This document shows positions 1 to 10,045 of a DNA stretch of 64,000 nt, piece by piece. Location of the stretch: assembly GCF_014062315.1 (NCBI RefSeq), contig NZ_JACGLT010000003.1, positions 133,163-197,162 on the forward strand, read 5' to 3'. The DNA is from Gelidibacter maritimus (GTDB lineage Bacteria > Bacteroidota > Bacteroidia > Flavobacteriales > Flavobacteriaceae). Within the stretch, counting starts at the first letter, position 1. Every line of letters begins with the position of its first letter. Under the pieces are notes generated by a model. It made no database searches. It was given only the letters and a program-made list of their open reading frames with translations, and was not told the DNA's origin. The position numbers and the translations under genes were made by a program.

Positions 1-1274
1 CGTCGAAGGCTAATGAAGTAATCATCTATAATCCATTTGATGAGAAATATTACATCATTAAAAATGCGGTAGATGACTCCCGATCTGGTCAAGTACAAGC
101 CTTTACGGAAGTAATTATATCAACACCAACTTATCTTGAGTTCATCGAATCTTCATCTTACAAATTAGTTCATAGGGGTGCAGAGTATCAAAATAACCTT
201 TATTTGAGGTCAGGAAGTCTTGTGGTGAGAACGTATCAGAATAATTATATCGTTTATGATAAATTTGCAGATAAAACTTTTTTTGCACCATATGATCCTG
301 ATGAAAATTTTAACATCTACGGACTCAAAAATGTTGAAGGAACCAATATCATCTACATTAGGAAAAACAAGGAAAATGGCTTTATTGCATTCGATAGAGG
401 AAAGCCTGTCGAATCAACATATACCTTCGGTTATGATGGGAATGATGGCGTTTTATACAACGGCCAAACGCCAGAATATTATTTGCCTCAACTTAAAACC
501 AGCAGTGTGGGAGTAGTACATCCTGGGAGAAAATATAATGCGTCAACTGACAAACGAGCTGGTACGGATTACTCAAATACGGCGACTTCCACATCATCTA
601 CTTCTGCCTGTATTACTGGAAACTGCACTGAAGGTTTTGGAGAGATTAAAACCCAACACGCCACACTTACAGGGTTTTTCTCAGGCGGGAAAGCCAATGG
701 TTATGGCAAAGAAGTCTATAGCGATGGAACAGGATATTATCAAGGAGAATTCGTTAGTGGAGAACGGCATGGTTTCGGAATGTACACGTGGAATAGTGAC
801 CAAAGCTATTATATTGGACAGTGGAAAGAAGGCCAGCTTCACGGCTACGGCTATTTAAAAAAGGGAACTCAAGTGCTCCAAGCAGGGTACTATGAAAACG
901 GAAAACTGACACGTAATCTGTTGAGCCAAGATTATATCAATCAACGAGCGGTGGGAAATTGTATTGGCGATTGCCAGAACGGATTCGGGTATTACCAATT
1001 TTCAAATAATGATAAATATGTGGGGTTTTTCACCAATGGACAGTTTAATCATATTGGAGCCTATACTTGGGTTTCTGGAGATGTTTTCATTGGAAATATT
1101 AGAAACAGTGAATTTAGTGGTCAGGGCATACTCTATTATAAGTCTCTAATGACGACGTATTATGGCAATTTATCAAATGCTACAAGACAGGGCATGGGCG
1201 TTTACTATAATAAATCGGGAAACATTGAGAGTAAGGGCTACTGGGATAAGGGCATACTCAAAACTTCATTTTAG
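1..1274 (+). CDS. MORN-repeat protein, 5'-partial (reading frame is open from the window edge)
   Basis: Repeated YxGxxxxGxxHGxG motifs (YGKEVYSDGTGYYQGEF, GERHGFGMYTW, GQLHGYGY). The frame has no stop from nt 3 to the TTG at 204, so the gene starts upstream of the window. Confidence 0.6.
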   Translation, partial: SKANEVIIYNPFDEKYYIIKNAVDDSRSGQVQAFTEVIISTPTYLEFIESSSYKLVHRGAEYQNNLYLRSGSLVVRTYQNNYIVYDKFADKTFFAPYDPDENFNIYGLKNVEGTNIIYIRKNKENGFIAFDRGKPVESTYTFGYDGNDGVLYNGQTPEYYLPQLKTSSVGVVHPGRKYNASTDKRAGTDYSNTATSTSSTSACITGNCTEGFGEIKTQHATLTGFFSGGKANGYGKEVYSDGTGYYQGEFVSGERHGFGMYTWNSDQSYYIGQWKEGQLHGYGYLKKGTQVLQAGYYENGKLTRNLLSQDYINQRAVGNCIGDCQNGFGYYQFSNNDKYVGFFTNGQFNHIGAYTWVSGDVFIGNIRNSEFSGQGILYYKSLMTTYYGNLSNATRQGMGVYYNKSGNIESKGYWDKGILKTSF

Positions 1275-1278
1275 GGGT

Positions 1279-1941
1279 TCAATATTGCGATGAGGCTTTT
1301 GGCGAGTTGTCCTTTATTTCCATCACTTCAAAAAATATTTTCAATAATAGGAATGGGATTATAGAAAAAATGACGGCATGGTCTGTAAATAAAATGAATT
1401 TTTTAGAAACTAAAAACCAAAGCAATATTCCGAGAACTATTGATACGTGCAAGGTGATTACTCCTTTTGATAATGATGTATTGAGATTAATTTGTTCAGA
1501 ACCAATGCGATAAATAGCAATTTCTCTTAATAAAAAGGTAAGCAAAGTAATATTAAAGAATGTGTTTTTAAAGAAGAGCACTTCTAAATTCATGATGATT
1601 AAGTCATGATCTTTCCAATTGATTACCAATCCAAAAATTACAATGATAAAAACGATATAAATAAAAAGGAAAAACAATCTCGGCTTTATTCCATTAAGAA
1701 CTTGAGCTGGGTTTTGGAATAGGTCTTTTTTAAAGTGATACCGTAATCTATAAAACACGGTCTTTAAAAATTCATCCCACCAAAACAAGTAGATAATATA
1801 GAATACAGAAATGTTCTTATTGTAAATGGCAACAATGGTGATAAGGATCATTGCTGCTAAGGACAAATATTGTGATAAGCGTGCGTGTGGTTTGTGCATC
1901 AATAAATTAGCTCTGGGTTTTAAGTGTCTAAAATAACCCAA
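1279..1941 (-). CDS. hypothetical polytopic membrane protein
   Basis: About 6 hydrophobic segments and a W/F/Y-rich sequence. I recognise no catalytic motif. It lies downstream of the lipoprotein pair on the same strand. Confidence 0.45.
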   Translation of the reverse strand: MGYFRHLKPRANLLMHKPHARLSQYLSLAAMILITIVAIYNKNISVFYIIYLFWWDEFLKTVFYRLRYHFKKDLFQNPAQVLNGIKPRLFFLFIYIVFIIVIFGLVINWKDHDLIIMNLEVLFFKNTFFNITLLTFLLREIAIYRIGSEQINLNTSLSKGVITLHVSIVLGILLWFLVSKKFILFTDHAVIFSIIPFLLLKIFFEVMEIKDNSPKASSQY

Positions 1942-2108
1942 ATTCAGTTCGATGGCCTAAATTTTATTGAATTTTTGTCTTTTTGTATAAACATCACGAT
2001 GTCCTATTCAATAGTTCAAGGAACGTCGTTAGGTACTCATGCACGACTTTCAGAACGACTATTTTTCACTAAAAAACTAATCATAGTGCTGTGTTGTTTT
2101 CCAAAAGA

Positions 2109-2567
2109 TTAATCCCTTACTTTTTTCAAAACGTAGAGATCTTGTAAGTCTCCAGTGTTTTTATTGCCTTCACTGTCCAATAATGTCAGTGTGTTTTCAC
2201 CAACAAAAAACGGATTTCTGTCATTGGATAATAGGATTCTTTGGCCTTGATCATCCCATTCAAAGGTGCCTTTGGTTTCAATTGGCGTCGTTTCTTTTCC
2301 TAAATAGGTTTCCTGGATAATATAGGTGTTATCACTGTTAATGGTAACAACGGTTTTGATGCCCTCACAATCGGCGCATGGCAATTCGCCTTCATATACG
2401 CCATCCCAATCTAAGGAGGTCATGCTGTTGTCTCCCGTAGCTTTCATCTCCACTTCCTCTATTTGAGGCTCCTCGATTGCTTGTGTCTCTTTTTTCTTTC
2501 CAGAATTACAACTTGTAACGAATAAAATAAGCGTTATACATAAGGTGTTTATAATATTGGTTTTCAT
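2109..2567 (-). CDS. NlpE N-terminal-domain lipoprotein (copper-resistance / envelope-stress sensor-like)
   Basis: Signal peptide with lipobox (LFVTSC). CADCEGI CxxC motif, and the overall pattern matches the NlpE/CutF N-domain. Confidence 0.6.
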   Translation of the reverse strand: MKTNIINTLCITLILFVTSCNSGKKKETQAIEEPQIEEVEMKATGDNSMTSLDWDGVYEGELPCADCEGIKTVVTINSDNTYIIQETYLGKETTPIETKGTFEWDDQGQRILLSNDRNPFFVGENTLTLLDSEGNKNTGDLQDLYVLKKVRD

Positions 2568-2645
2568 TTTTAGTGTTTTAATTATAGTTAATCTATTGAA
2601 ATTTATTAAAAAGGGAATTGATTTAAAGGAACTTTAACAGTCTGG

Positions 2646-3104
2646 TTAATTAGCATTTTTATCTGTAGAAGGCTCGAATGACGCTAAAATATAGCCGTTC
2701 TCATCTACAAATGTCAATTCGCCGTCGGTAATAGTATAACTGACCGCTTTTTTTAAATTGCTCATAAAAACGTTCTCAATACTGCTTCCTTCACAATATC
2801 TCATGGTGGCCATCATTTGGGAGAATTCTATTTGTTGGTTATCTTTAAGGATATAAGTACCGCCAAAAGAATTACAGCCCCCATTCCCACCGATACCATT
2901 GTCTTTGGACGATAGCTTTATATAAGGCTGTTCCAACTCTGTTTTGCTCAGATTCAAGACGTCTCCATTGAGTTTGGTCAATACCCATTTTGTGCCAACA
3001 AAGGCAGTCTCCGAAGTGCTTGAAGGCTCTTTTGGGGGCATTTGCGATTTGCAGTTAAATAAAAGAAAGCAAACCAATACTGATAAACTAAATATATATT
3101 TCAT
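2646..3104 (-). CDS. META-domain (HslJ-like) lipoprotein
   Basis: Lipobox (LLFNC). The GCNSFGGTY and MATMRYCEG motifs are typical of the META/DUF306 domain. Confidence 0.6.
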   Translation of the reverse strand: MKYIFSLSVLVCFLLFNCKSQMPPKEPSSTSETAFVGTKWVLTKLNGDVLNLSKTELEQPYIKLSSKDNGIGGNGGCNSFGGTYILKDNQQIEFSQMMATMRYCEGSSIENVFMSNLKKAVSYTITDGELTFVDENGYILASFEPSTDKNAN

Positions 3105-3195
3105 GATGGACGAATTTAAAATGTGTTTATCAAAGTTAAGGAACTATTTTAAGTCATATCCGAAATAAAATAGCTGTTTTGCTATAAATCGTAAA

Positions 3196-5274
3196 TTAGC
3201 TAATCTGTAAGCCGTTAGGAACTTTGGACTTAGTGGCTGTGTCAGGATTTACAAATACCAATTTTCCGTCTTCAGATTCAGTCATCAATATCATGCCTTG
3301 ACTTTCAACACCTCTTAATGTTCTTGGTGCTAAATTGACCAATACCGTCACACGTTTTCCAATAATTTCTTCAGCAGTAAAGGATTCGGCAATTCCAGAA
3401 ACTATCGTTCGCACATCAATTCCAGTATCAACTTTCAAAACCAATAACTTATTGGTTTTTGGCATTTTTTTGGCTTCTATAATGGTCCCTACCCGCAAGT
3501 CTAATTTTGAGAAATCTTCAAAACTGATGGTTTCTTTTTGTGGCTCTACTTTTTTGTTAGCGGCTTCATTCGCTAATTTGCTGGCCATAAGTTTATCTAA
3601 CTGGGCCTGAATGGCCTCATCTTCAATTTTTGAAAATAAAAGTTCTGCCTTGCCGATTTTATGTCCTGTAGGAAGTATTACAGTCTTAGATGAAATATCC
3701 GTCCATGAATTTTTGGCTTCACCTGAGTGGATGTTCAATATGTGTTTCAGTTTATCAGCAGTAAAAGGTAAAAAAGGCTCGCTCAATGTTGCCAATGCTG
3801 ATGCTATTTGAAGCGCTACAAACATGATGGTTTTGGTGCGTGCTTCGTCGGTTTTAACCAATTTCCAAGGTTCTTCATCTGCCAAATATTTATTGCCCAA
3901 TCTGGCCAAATTAATGAGTTCCTGACTTGCTTCCCTAAACCGGTAGCGTTCAATGGAACTTGCAATCACATCAGGGTAGGCCTTTACTGCCGCCAATGTT
4001 TCTTGATCAACCGCACTAAATTCTGATGGTTCAGGAGCAACGCCATCATAATATTTATCGGTCAAGACCACGACACGATTGATGAAATTGCCAAAAATAG
4101 CCACCAATTCATTATTGTTTCTTGCCTGAAAATCTTTCCATGTAAAATCGTTGTCCTTGGTTTCTGGCGCATTTGCAGTCAATGCATAGCGCAAGACATC
4201 CTGTTGATTAGGAAAGTCTTCTAAATACTCTGGCAACCAAACCGCCCAGTTTTTTGATGTGGATAGTTTGTTGCCTTCCAAATTCAGAAATTCGTTGGCA
4301 GGAACGTTATCCGGTAAAACATAAGAGCCTTCTGCTTTCAGCATGGCAGGGAAAATGATACAGTGAAATACAATATTATCCTTTCCTATAAAATGCACCA
4401 ATTTGGTGTCTTTATCTCTCCAATACGGTTCCCAATCTTTTCCAACGCGTTCGGCCCATTCTTTGGTAGAAGAGATGTAACCAATTGGCGCATCAAACCA
4501 CACATATAAAACTTTACCATCAGCGCCTTTAAGCGGCACTGGAATGCCCCAGTCTAAATCTCTGGTCACCGCTCTTGGACGTAAGCCATCGTCAATCCAT
4601 GATTTCACTTGTCCGTAAACATTAGATTTCCAATCTTTTTTATGGCCTTTTAAAATCCATTCTCTCAAAAATTCCTCGTGCTTGTCTAAAGGTAAAAACC
4701 AATGTTTGGTTTCTTTAAGCGTTGGTACATTACCACTTATAGCCGATTTCGGATTGATCAAATCAGTAGCATTTAAACTGCTTCCACATTTTTCGCATTG
4801 GTCGCCATAAGCTTCCTCATTACCGCATTTTGGACAAGTGCCCGTTACAAAACGGTCAGCTAAAAACTGGTCAGCTTCTTCATCGTAAAGTTGTTCGGTG
4901 ATTTCTTCAATAAACTCACCTTTATCATATAAGGTTTTAAAGAATTCTTGAGCCGTTTCATGATGGACTTTAGCCGTGGTACGTGAATAGTTGTCAAAAC
5001 TGATTCCGAAATCCTCAAATGATGTTTTGATAATGCCATGGTATTTATCAACAATATCCTGAGGTGTCACGCCTTCCTTTTTGGCTTTGATGGTAATGGG
5101 TACACCGTGTTCATCACTTCCGCAGATAAAAATAACATCTTTTCCGATGAGTCTTAAATAGCGGGTGTAAATATCAGCTGGCACATAAACTCCGGCTAAA
5201 TGACCAATATGGATGGCTCCGTTGGTATAAGGCAATGCTGCGGTAATGGTATATCTTTTAGGTTGATTCATCAA
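3196..5274 (-). CDS. metG: methionyl-tRNA synthetase with C-terminal tRNA-binding (EMAP-like) domain
   Basis: HIGH motif ([10 protein letters not shown]), zinc knuckle CPKCG...CEKCG, KMSKS-region equivalent, and a C-terminal OB/EMAP domain ([13 protein letters not shown]). Confidence 0.95.
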   Translation of the reverse strand: MMNQPKRYTITAALPYTNGAIHIGHLAGVYVPADIYTRYLRLIGKDVIFICGSDEHGVPITIKAKKEGVTPQDIVDKYHGIIKTSFEDFGISFDNYSRTTAKVHHETAQEFFKTLYDKGEFIEEITEQLYDEEADQFLADRFVTGTCPKCGNEEAYGDQCEKCGSSLNATDLINPKSAISGNVPTLKETKHWFLPLDKHEEFLREWILKGHKKDWKSNVYGQVKSWIDDGLRPRAVTRDLDWGIPVPLKGADGKVLYVWFDAPIGYISSTKEWAERVGKDWEPYWRDKDTKLVHFIGKDNIVFHCIIFPAMLKAEGSYVLPDNVPANEFLNLEGNKLSTSKNWAVWLPEYLEDFPNQQDVLRYALTANAPETKDNDFTWKDFQARNNNELVAIFGNFINRVVVLTDKYYDGVAPEPSEFSAVDQETLAAVKAYPDVIASSIERYRFREASQELINLARLGNKYLADEEPWKLVKTDEARTKTIMFVALQIASALATLSEPFLPFTADKLKHILNIHSGEAKNSWTDISSKTVILPTGHKIGKAELLFSKIEDEAIQAQLDKLMASKLANEAANKKVEPQKETISFEDFSKLDLRVGTIIEAKKMPKTNKLLVLKVDTGIDVRTIVSGIAESFTAEEIIGKRVTVLVNLAPRTLRGVESQGMILMTESEDGKLVFVNPDTATKSKVPNGLQIS

Positions 5275-5418
5275 CTAATAATTTAATGGTTGTTGCAAGT
5301 AACGAGACGAAATAACAAAGTTTAGTTTTGAATTTACAGATTGCTTCGTTTTACTCGCCATGACGCTTATTTTTAGAAGCCACAAAAGTACACATTTTGA
5401 CCTCGATTTGGAAAAAAA

Positions 5419-6453
5419 ATGTATTTTTACATTATGTCGAAAATCTCATTTACCCTCGTATTAAGTTGCCTTGTTTTGATTTTAGGAATTCAAGACTTCT
5501 CGGCACAAGAAAAACCAGCATTCATGAAAGAGCAAACGCTTGTGCGTCCTCCATATTTAAAAGCTGGAGACACGGTTGCCATTGTTGCTCCTGCAGGAAT
5601 TTTAAAAAACAGACAAGCAGATATTCAACGCGCTCAAGAGTTAATGACCAGTTGGGGCTTGCATACTGTTTTGGGCGATCATTTGTTTTCTACAGCCAAT
5701 CATTTTGCAGGCACTGACGAGCAACGTTGTGCCGATTTCCAAAAAGCTATGGACGACCCTACCATTAGTGCTATTTGGGCGGGACGCGGTGGTTACGGAA
5801 CGGTAAGGATTATAGATAAATTAGATTACACCAAATTCAGAAAGAAACCTAAATGGGTGATTGGTTATTCAGACATCACAGCACTGCATAATCAATTGCA
5901 CAATCAGGGATTCGAATCTATGCATGCCATGATGGCGGCAGGCGTTACAGAAGATCTGAACGATATCAAGGAAACGGTCGCTACCTTTAAAGATGCTATT
6001 TTTGGGAAACCTTTGGCTTATACATTAGAAGGTTCAAGCTATAACAAAGTAGGAACGGTATCGGGCGAATTGATAGGTGGTAATTTAACTTTATTGCATA
6101 CCATGTTGGGCTCTAAAACTAGTATGGATACCTCAGGGAAGATTCTTTTTATTGAAGAAATTGGGGAGTATGCTTACCATATTGATAGAATGCTACAAAG
6201 TTTAAAGCGTGCAGGTTATTTTGACAATTGCAAAGGAGTGATTGTGGGCGATTTTTCCAAAATGAGAAAAAATACCACGCCTTGGGGAAGCTCCGTTGAG
6301 CAATTAATTTTGGATGTACTGGCAGACTATGATTTTCCAATTGCGTTCAAAATGCCAGCGGGTCATGAAGATGATAACAGAGCCATGATCTTTGGTCGAA
6401 ATGTTGAACTTTCGGTTGGGAAAGAGGTGTCAACATTGAAATTTGACAAGTAG
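5419..6453 (+). CDS. LD-carboxypeptidase (peptidase S66, muramoyltetrapeptide carboxypeptidase-like), secreted
   Basis: Signal peptide. S66 family pattern VAIVAPAG...AIWAGRGGYG...IGYSDITAL. Confidence 0.8.
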   Translation: MYFYIMSKISFTLVLSCLVLILGIQDFSAQEKPAFMKEQTLVRPPYLKAGDTVAIVAPAGILKNRQADIQRAQELMTSWGLHTVLGDHLFSTANHFAGTDEQRCADFQKAMDDPTISAIWAGRGGYGTVRIIDKLDYTKFRKKPKWVIGYSDITALHNQLHNQGFESMHAMMAAGVTEDLNDIKETVATFKDAIFGKPLAYTLEGSSYNKVGTVSGELIGGNLTLLHTMLGSKTSMDTSGKILFIEEIGEYAYHIDRMLQSLKRAGYFDNCKGVIVGDFSKMRKNTTPWGSSVEQLILDVLADYDFPIAFKMPAGHEDDNRAMIFGRNVELSVGKEVSTLKFDK

Positions 6454-6561
6454 ATCTGTTTTAAGCAGAATACTACTGCTGGTTGCAAACTGAAAACTCG
6501 TGATTTTATATTAATTTATATCAGGATGGCCCTGAAGCTTCGGGCTGCTATCGCGTGAATT

Positions 6562-6921
6562 ATGGCACACCACAACGAACTCGGTAAAATTGGCGAGAAA
6601 CTTGCCGCCGAATACCTTCTCTCAAAAGGGTATGAAATTGTGCGCAAAAATTACTATTATCAAAAAGCTGAAATTGATATCATAGCAAAGCACAATAATA
6701 TAATGGTCTGTGTAGAGGTCAAAACCCGGAACTCCGACTTTTTTGGTGATCCTCAAGATTTTGTAACACCCAGCAAAATAAAATTATTGGTAAAAGCAAT
6801 GGATGCGTTTATTGTTGAAAATGATATTGAATTGGAATCGCGATTTGATATTATCGCCATCTTGAAAAATAAAACGAAAGAAGAGTTGACGCATTACGAA
6901 AATGCATTTTATCATTTTTAA
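6562..6921 (+). CDS. YraN-family (UPF0102) endonuclease-like protein
   Basis: GEKLAAEYLLSKGYEIVRKNYY...EIDIIA...VCVEVKTR matches the conserved YraN core. Confidence 0.85.
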   Translation: MAHHNELGKIGEKLAAEYLLSKGYEIVRKNYYYQKAEIDIIAKHNNIMVCVEVKTRNSDFFGDPQDFVTPSKIKLLVKAMDAFIVENDIELESRFDIIAILKNKTKEELTHYENAFYHF

Positions 6922-7385
6922 ACCTCTACGAAGCATGGTGCTTATGAAACCAATCTATACATCTATTTTCGAGTTATTTTTTTACTTGTAATTTAAGAGA
7001 ATGAAATCTACAATTTGATTGCAGTTACTTCAATTTCTACTGCTGTTTTATCCACTGGACTTAATTGTGAGTCTTTTTCTTAATTCTCTGTAGAAGGCTT
7101 AAATACTCCAAAGCTTGCCTTAATCGAAAAAACTATGGTTTATTCAGAACTCGGGTTAAGTTCACAAGGTTCTTGATTCTTAATAGTAATTATCTGTTAA
7201 TAAAAATTATAGACCGAAAATTCAAAGTAACATATTTTCAGTGTAAAGCGGTTTTGATTATATCATCAATTAACATTAAAAAATTGATTTTCTACACAGA
7301 TCCTTTTAGGGGTCTCAAATTATACAGCATATTCTGAACCTAGGTTCATCTTTATGAAACTAAGGCAATTAATACGGAATAACGC

Positions 7386-7399
7386 ATGACAATTGTCAT
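7386..7399. promoter_or_regulatory. perfect 14-bp palindrome ATGACAATTGTCAT, candidate operator upstream of the 613-aa gene
   Basis: Read directly from the sequence. It lies about 60 bp upstream of the ATG at 7459. Confidence 0.35.
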
Positions 7400-7458
7400 C
7401 TTTTGGGATATAATATTTGATAACATTTGGGGCTTATTTATTAAAAAAAGAATACATT

Positions 7459-9258
7459 ATGATCATATCTAAACAAATCCATAGTTTTCATATTCCTGTT
7501 ATGGGTTTAGCTTACACTATTGATAGCCCAATTCGTGTTGCCCATTTCGGAATTTCATCCGTCATTTCTATTATTGATGATGAATTAATCGAAAAGATGA
7601 ACGCTTTTTATAGTCAAAAATTTAGCTTGCCTTATCAAGAAATATCGAAAAAAGCTGAAGATTATCGTGCTAAGCGTATCACTGCCTATTTGAATTTAGT
7701 GGACACTATCGTGAAAGATAAGTTTGTAAAATTCAAGGAGGAATTATCAGAAAGCAAATCGGCGCTGGAAAACTTTGTAGCAATGCTTCCTAATAAGTCA
7801 AGCATTAAACAAGGCCTTTCAAAGATGTTGGAAGAAGGGGTTTTCATTAAGGAAACAATTAAAAAGTATATAGATGTCCATTTGTCTCCTGGAGAGATTG
7901 ATGTAAACATCATGACTAAAATTGATAAAGACAACTTTAAAGGCTCAGAGCAATTGCCAATCGAATTTAATGACGCCCATGCATCATTGCGCGGTTTTGC
8001 AAATAGTAATTTGTCGTCATCTGTTGTGCTTTCCGCAGGAATGAACCCAAGATTATACAGCTATTTTGAGAATTTCAAAGATTTTTTTCCCGATGCTGAA
8101 GGACATCTAAAAAAGAAAATTATTTTAAAGGTGAGCGATTTCCGTTCTGCTTTGATACAGGGAAAATACTTAGCTAAAAAAGGATTATGGGTTTCTGAAT
8201 ACCGAGTGGAATCTGGTTTGAATTGTGGTGGGCATGCATTTGCTACTGAGGGGTATTTACTGGGACCTATTTTGGAGGAATTTAAAACAAAAAAAACGGA
8301 ATTGTTACAAGACACACATGATGTTTTTGTGAAGGCTTTGGTTGATAAGGAGATTGCTGTCCCTGAGCATCCTTTAGAAGTAAAGATTACGGTTCAGGGA
8401 GGTGTTGGCACCGCAGCTGAACATAACTTCTTGATTGATAATTATCAAGTAGATTCTGTGGGTTGGGGGACTCCTTTCTTATTGGTTCCGGAGGCGACCT
8501 CTGTAGATGATGAAACGCGAAAATTGATGACAGAGGCTAAGGAAGCCGATTTGTATTTAAGTAATATTTCGCCATTGGGTGTGCCTTTTAATACACTGAA
8601 GGGGACCTCCAATGAGTTCTATAAGCAAGCCCGTATTGATAATAATAAAGCGGGTAGTTCTTGTCCTAAAAAGTTTTTGGCCTTAAGTAAAGAGTTTGGA
8701 CCTGAAGGTATTTGTACGGCTTCAAAGAAATATCAAGATGTGAAACTGTCAGAACTTGATTCCAAAAAGGAAACTATGACCGCTTCACATTATGATATTG
8801 ATAGAAATAAAATTACAGAAAAGGCTTGTCTTTGTGTTGGCTTGGCTAATGCCTCCTACCTTGAAAACGAAATTCCAATAAAAGGACAGCAACAGGGTGT
8901 GGTGATTTGCCCAGGACCCAATTTAGCGTATTTTGATCGGGAAGTTTCGCTATCGCAAATGATACAGCATATTTACGGTGAAGCTTCTGTGCTTTCGGAA
9001 ACGTACAGACCAAATATGTTTGTAAAAGAATTGAAAATGTATGTGGAGTATCTAAAAAATGATATTGCAACCTTTACGGATCAGTTATCTGCTAAAAACA
9101 TTAAAAGATGGTCGGCCTTTAAAAGTAATTTATATGATGGAGTTGCCTATTATCAAAATTTATTTAATGAAGCGTTTCATTCAAATTATGATAAGATCCA
9201 ATCGGATATTATGATTTATAAAAACGAAATTGATAGAATTGAAATTCCTGTTCCGTAA
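7459..9258 (+). CDS. divergent NMO/PfaD-like (nitronate-monooxygenase fold) putative FMN-dependent TIM-barrel oxidoreductase, about 600 aa. The ORF track begins at a TTG at 7417; I prefer the ATG at 7459.
   Basis: Three motif blocks resemble the NMO/enoyl-reductase fold. Block 1 is PVMGLAYTIDSP..AHFGISSV (compare PIMQGGM...SNAGGLG). Block 2 is ESGLNCGGHAF (compare GTEAGGH). Block 3 is VQGGVGTAAEH....GWGTPFLLVPEA (compare AAGGIADGRG....GTRFLATRE). There is a large insertion between blocks 1 and 2. Confidence 0.4.
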   Translation: MIISKQIHSFHIPVMGLAYTIDSPIRVAHFGISSVISIIDDELIEKMNAFYSQKFSLPYQEISKKAEDYRAKRITAYLNLVDTIVKDKFVKFKEELSESKSALENFVAMLPNKSSIKQGLSKMLEEGVFIKETIKKYIDVHLSPGEIDVNIMTKIDKDNFKGSEQLPIEFNDAHASLRGFANSNLSSSVVLSAGMNPRLYSYFENFKDFFPDAEGHLKKKIILKVSDFRSALIQGKYLAKKGLWVSEYRVESGLNCGGHAFATEGYLLGPILEEFKTKKTELLQDTHDVFVKALVDKEIAVPEHPLEVKITVQGGVGTAAEHNFLIDNYQVDSVGWGTPFLLVPEATSVDDETRKLMTEAKEADLYLSNISPLGVPFNTLKGTSNEFYKQARIDNNKAGSSCPKKFLALSKEFGPEGICTASKKYQDVKLSELDSKKETMTASHYDIDRNKITEKACLCVGLANASYLENEIPIKGQQQGVVICPGPNLAYFDREVSLSQMIQHIYGEASVLSETYRPNMFVKELKMYVEYLKNDIATFTDQLSAKNIKRWSAFKSNLYDGVAYYQNLFNEAFHSNYDKIQSDIMIYKNEIDRIEIPVP

Positions 9259-9305
9259 ATCGGACAAAAAAATCAGTTTTTTTTGATGAATTTGCGATAC
9301 AGATA

Positions 9306-9329
9306 TAAACCTAACTTCTCCTACTTTTG
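9306..9329. other. 8-bp stem hairpin (CTTCTCCT / AGGAGAAG) in the convergent gap between the 613-aa gene and nadD
   Basis: Inverted repeat read directly from the sequence. No strong T-run on either side, so terminator function is uncertain. Confidence 0.3.
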
Positions 9330-9456
9330 AAGGAGAAGTGGGTTCTGCTTTCGGAGAAAAGGGGAAAATGAGGTCGTAGGTGGTTTTTTAATTATCTGAA
9401 TGTAGAGATCCCTGTTGTAGTATATTTTTGAGCACCGTAGATCGGCAGGACTGAAT

Positions 9457-10035
9457 TTACCTGTAAAAATTCATTTCATCCACATATTCCCATACGTGCT
9501 CCGGTAACATGGGCTTGACATTTTTGTTCGCTTTGATGGATTTCCTAATAAATGTAGAGGATAGCTCCATAATAGGAGCCTCCACACGATGAATTTTTGG
9601 ATGTTCATCAAATTGAGTTTCAACTTTTCCTTCTGATATTCTTGGATAAACATAAATATGGTGATTGGCCAAGATCAGTTCGTAATTTTTCCATTTATGG
9701 AGACTTTTCAGATTGTCTTCTCCCATGATCAGTGCAAACTCATGCATTGGGAATTTTTCCAGTAAATAGGTGAGTGTATTGATTGTATAATTGGGTTGCG
9801 GCATTCCAAATTCAATATCGTTGGCCCGCAATTTAGGATAATCGGCTGTGGCGCGATATACCATTTCAAAACGATCATGATTATCTAGCAAGGATGCTTT
9901 TACTTTAAACGGACTTTGGGGCGTGACCACAAACCAAACTTGGTCAAGATTACTATGCTCGGCCATGTGGTTGGCAATGATGAGATGTCCAATATGAATC
10001 GGATTAAACGTACCAAAATAAAGTCCAATTTTCAT
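9457..10035 (-). CDS. nadD: nicotinate-nucleotide adenylyltransferase
   Basis: N-terminal GTFNPIHIGHL (HxGH nucleotidyltransferase motif). Length about 190 aa. Confidence 0.9.
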   Translation of the reverse strand: MKIGLYFGTFNPIHIGHLIIANHMAEHSNLDQVWFVVTPQSPFKVKASLLDNHDRFEMVYRATADYPKLRANDIEFGMPQPNYTINTLTYLLEKFPMHEFALIMGEDNLKSLHKWKNYELILANHHIYVYPRISEGKVETQFDEHPKIHRVEAPIMELSSTFIRKSIKANKNVKPMLPEHVWEYVDEMNFYR

Positions 10036-10045
10036 TTTTCTGTCG

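Noticed and set aside
3335-4026. Several 60–90-aa ORFs antisense to metG, and similar antisense ORFs inside ileS, atpD, glmS, the adhesin, gdhA and others
   Set aside because: They are entirely embedded in confidently identified genes on the opposite strand. They look like typical six-frame noise in AT-rich DNA.
7417-7458. TTG-initiated N-terminal extension (MITFGAYLLKKEYI) of the NMO-like gene
   Set aside because: The ATG at 7459 follows directly, and the extension has no evident function. TTG start is unsupported.
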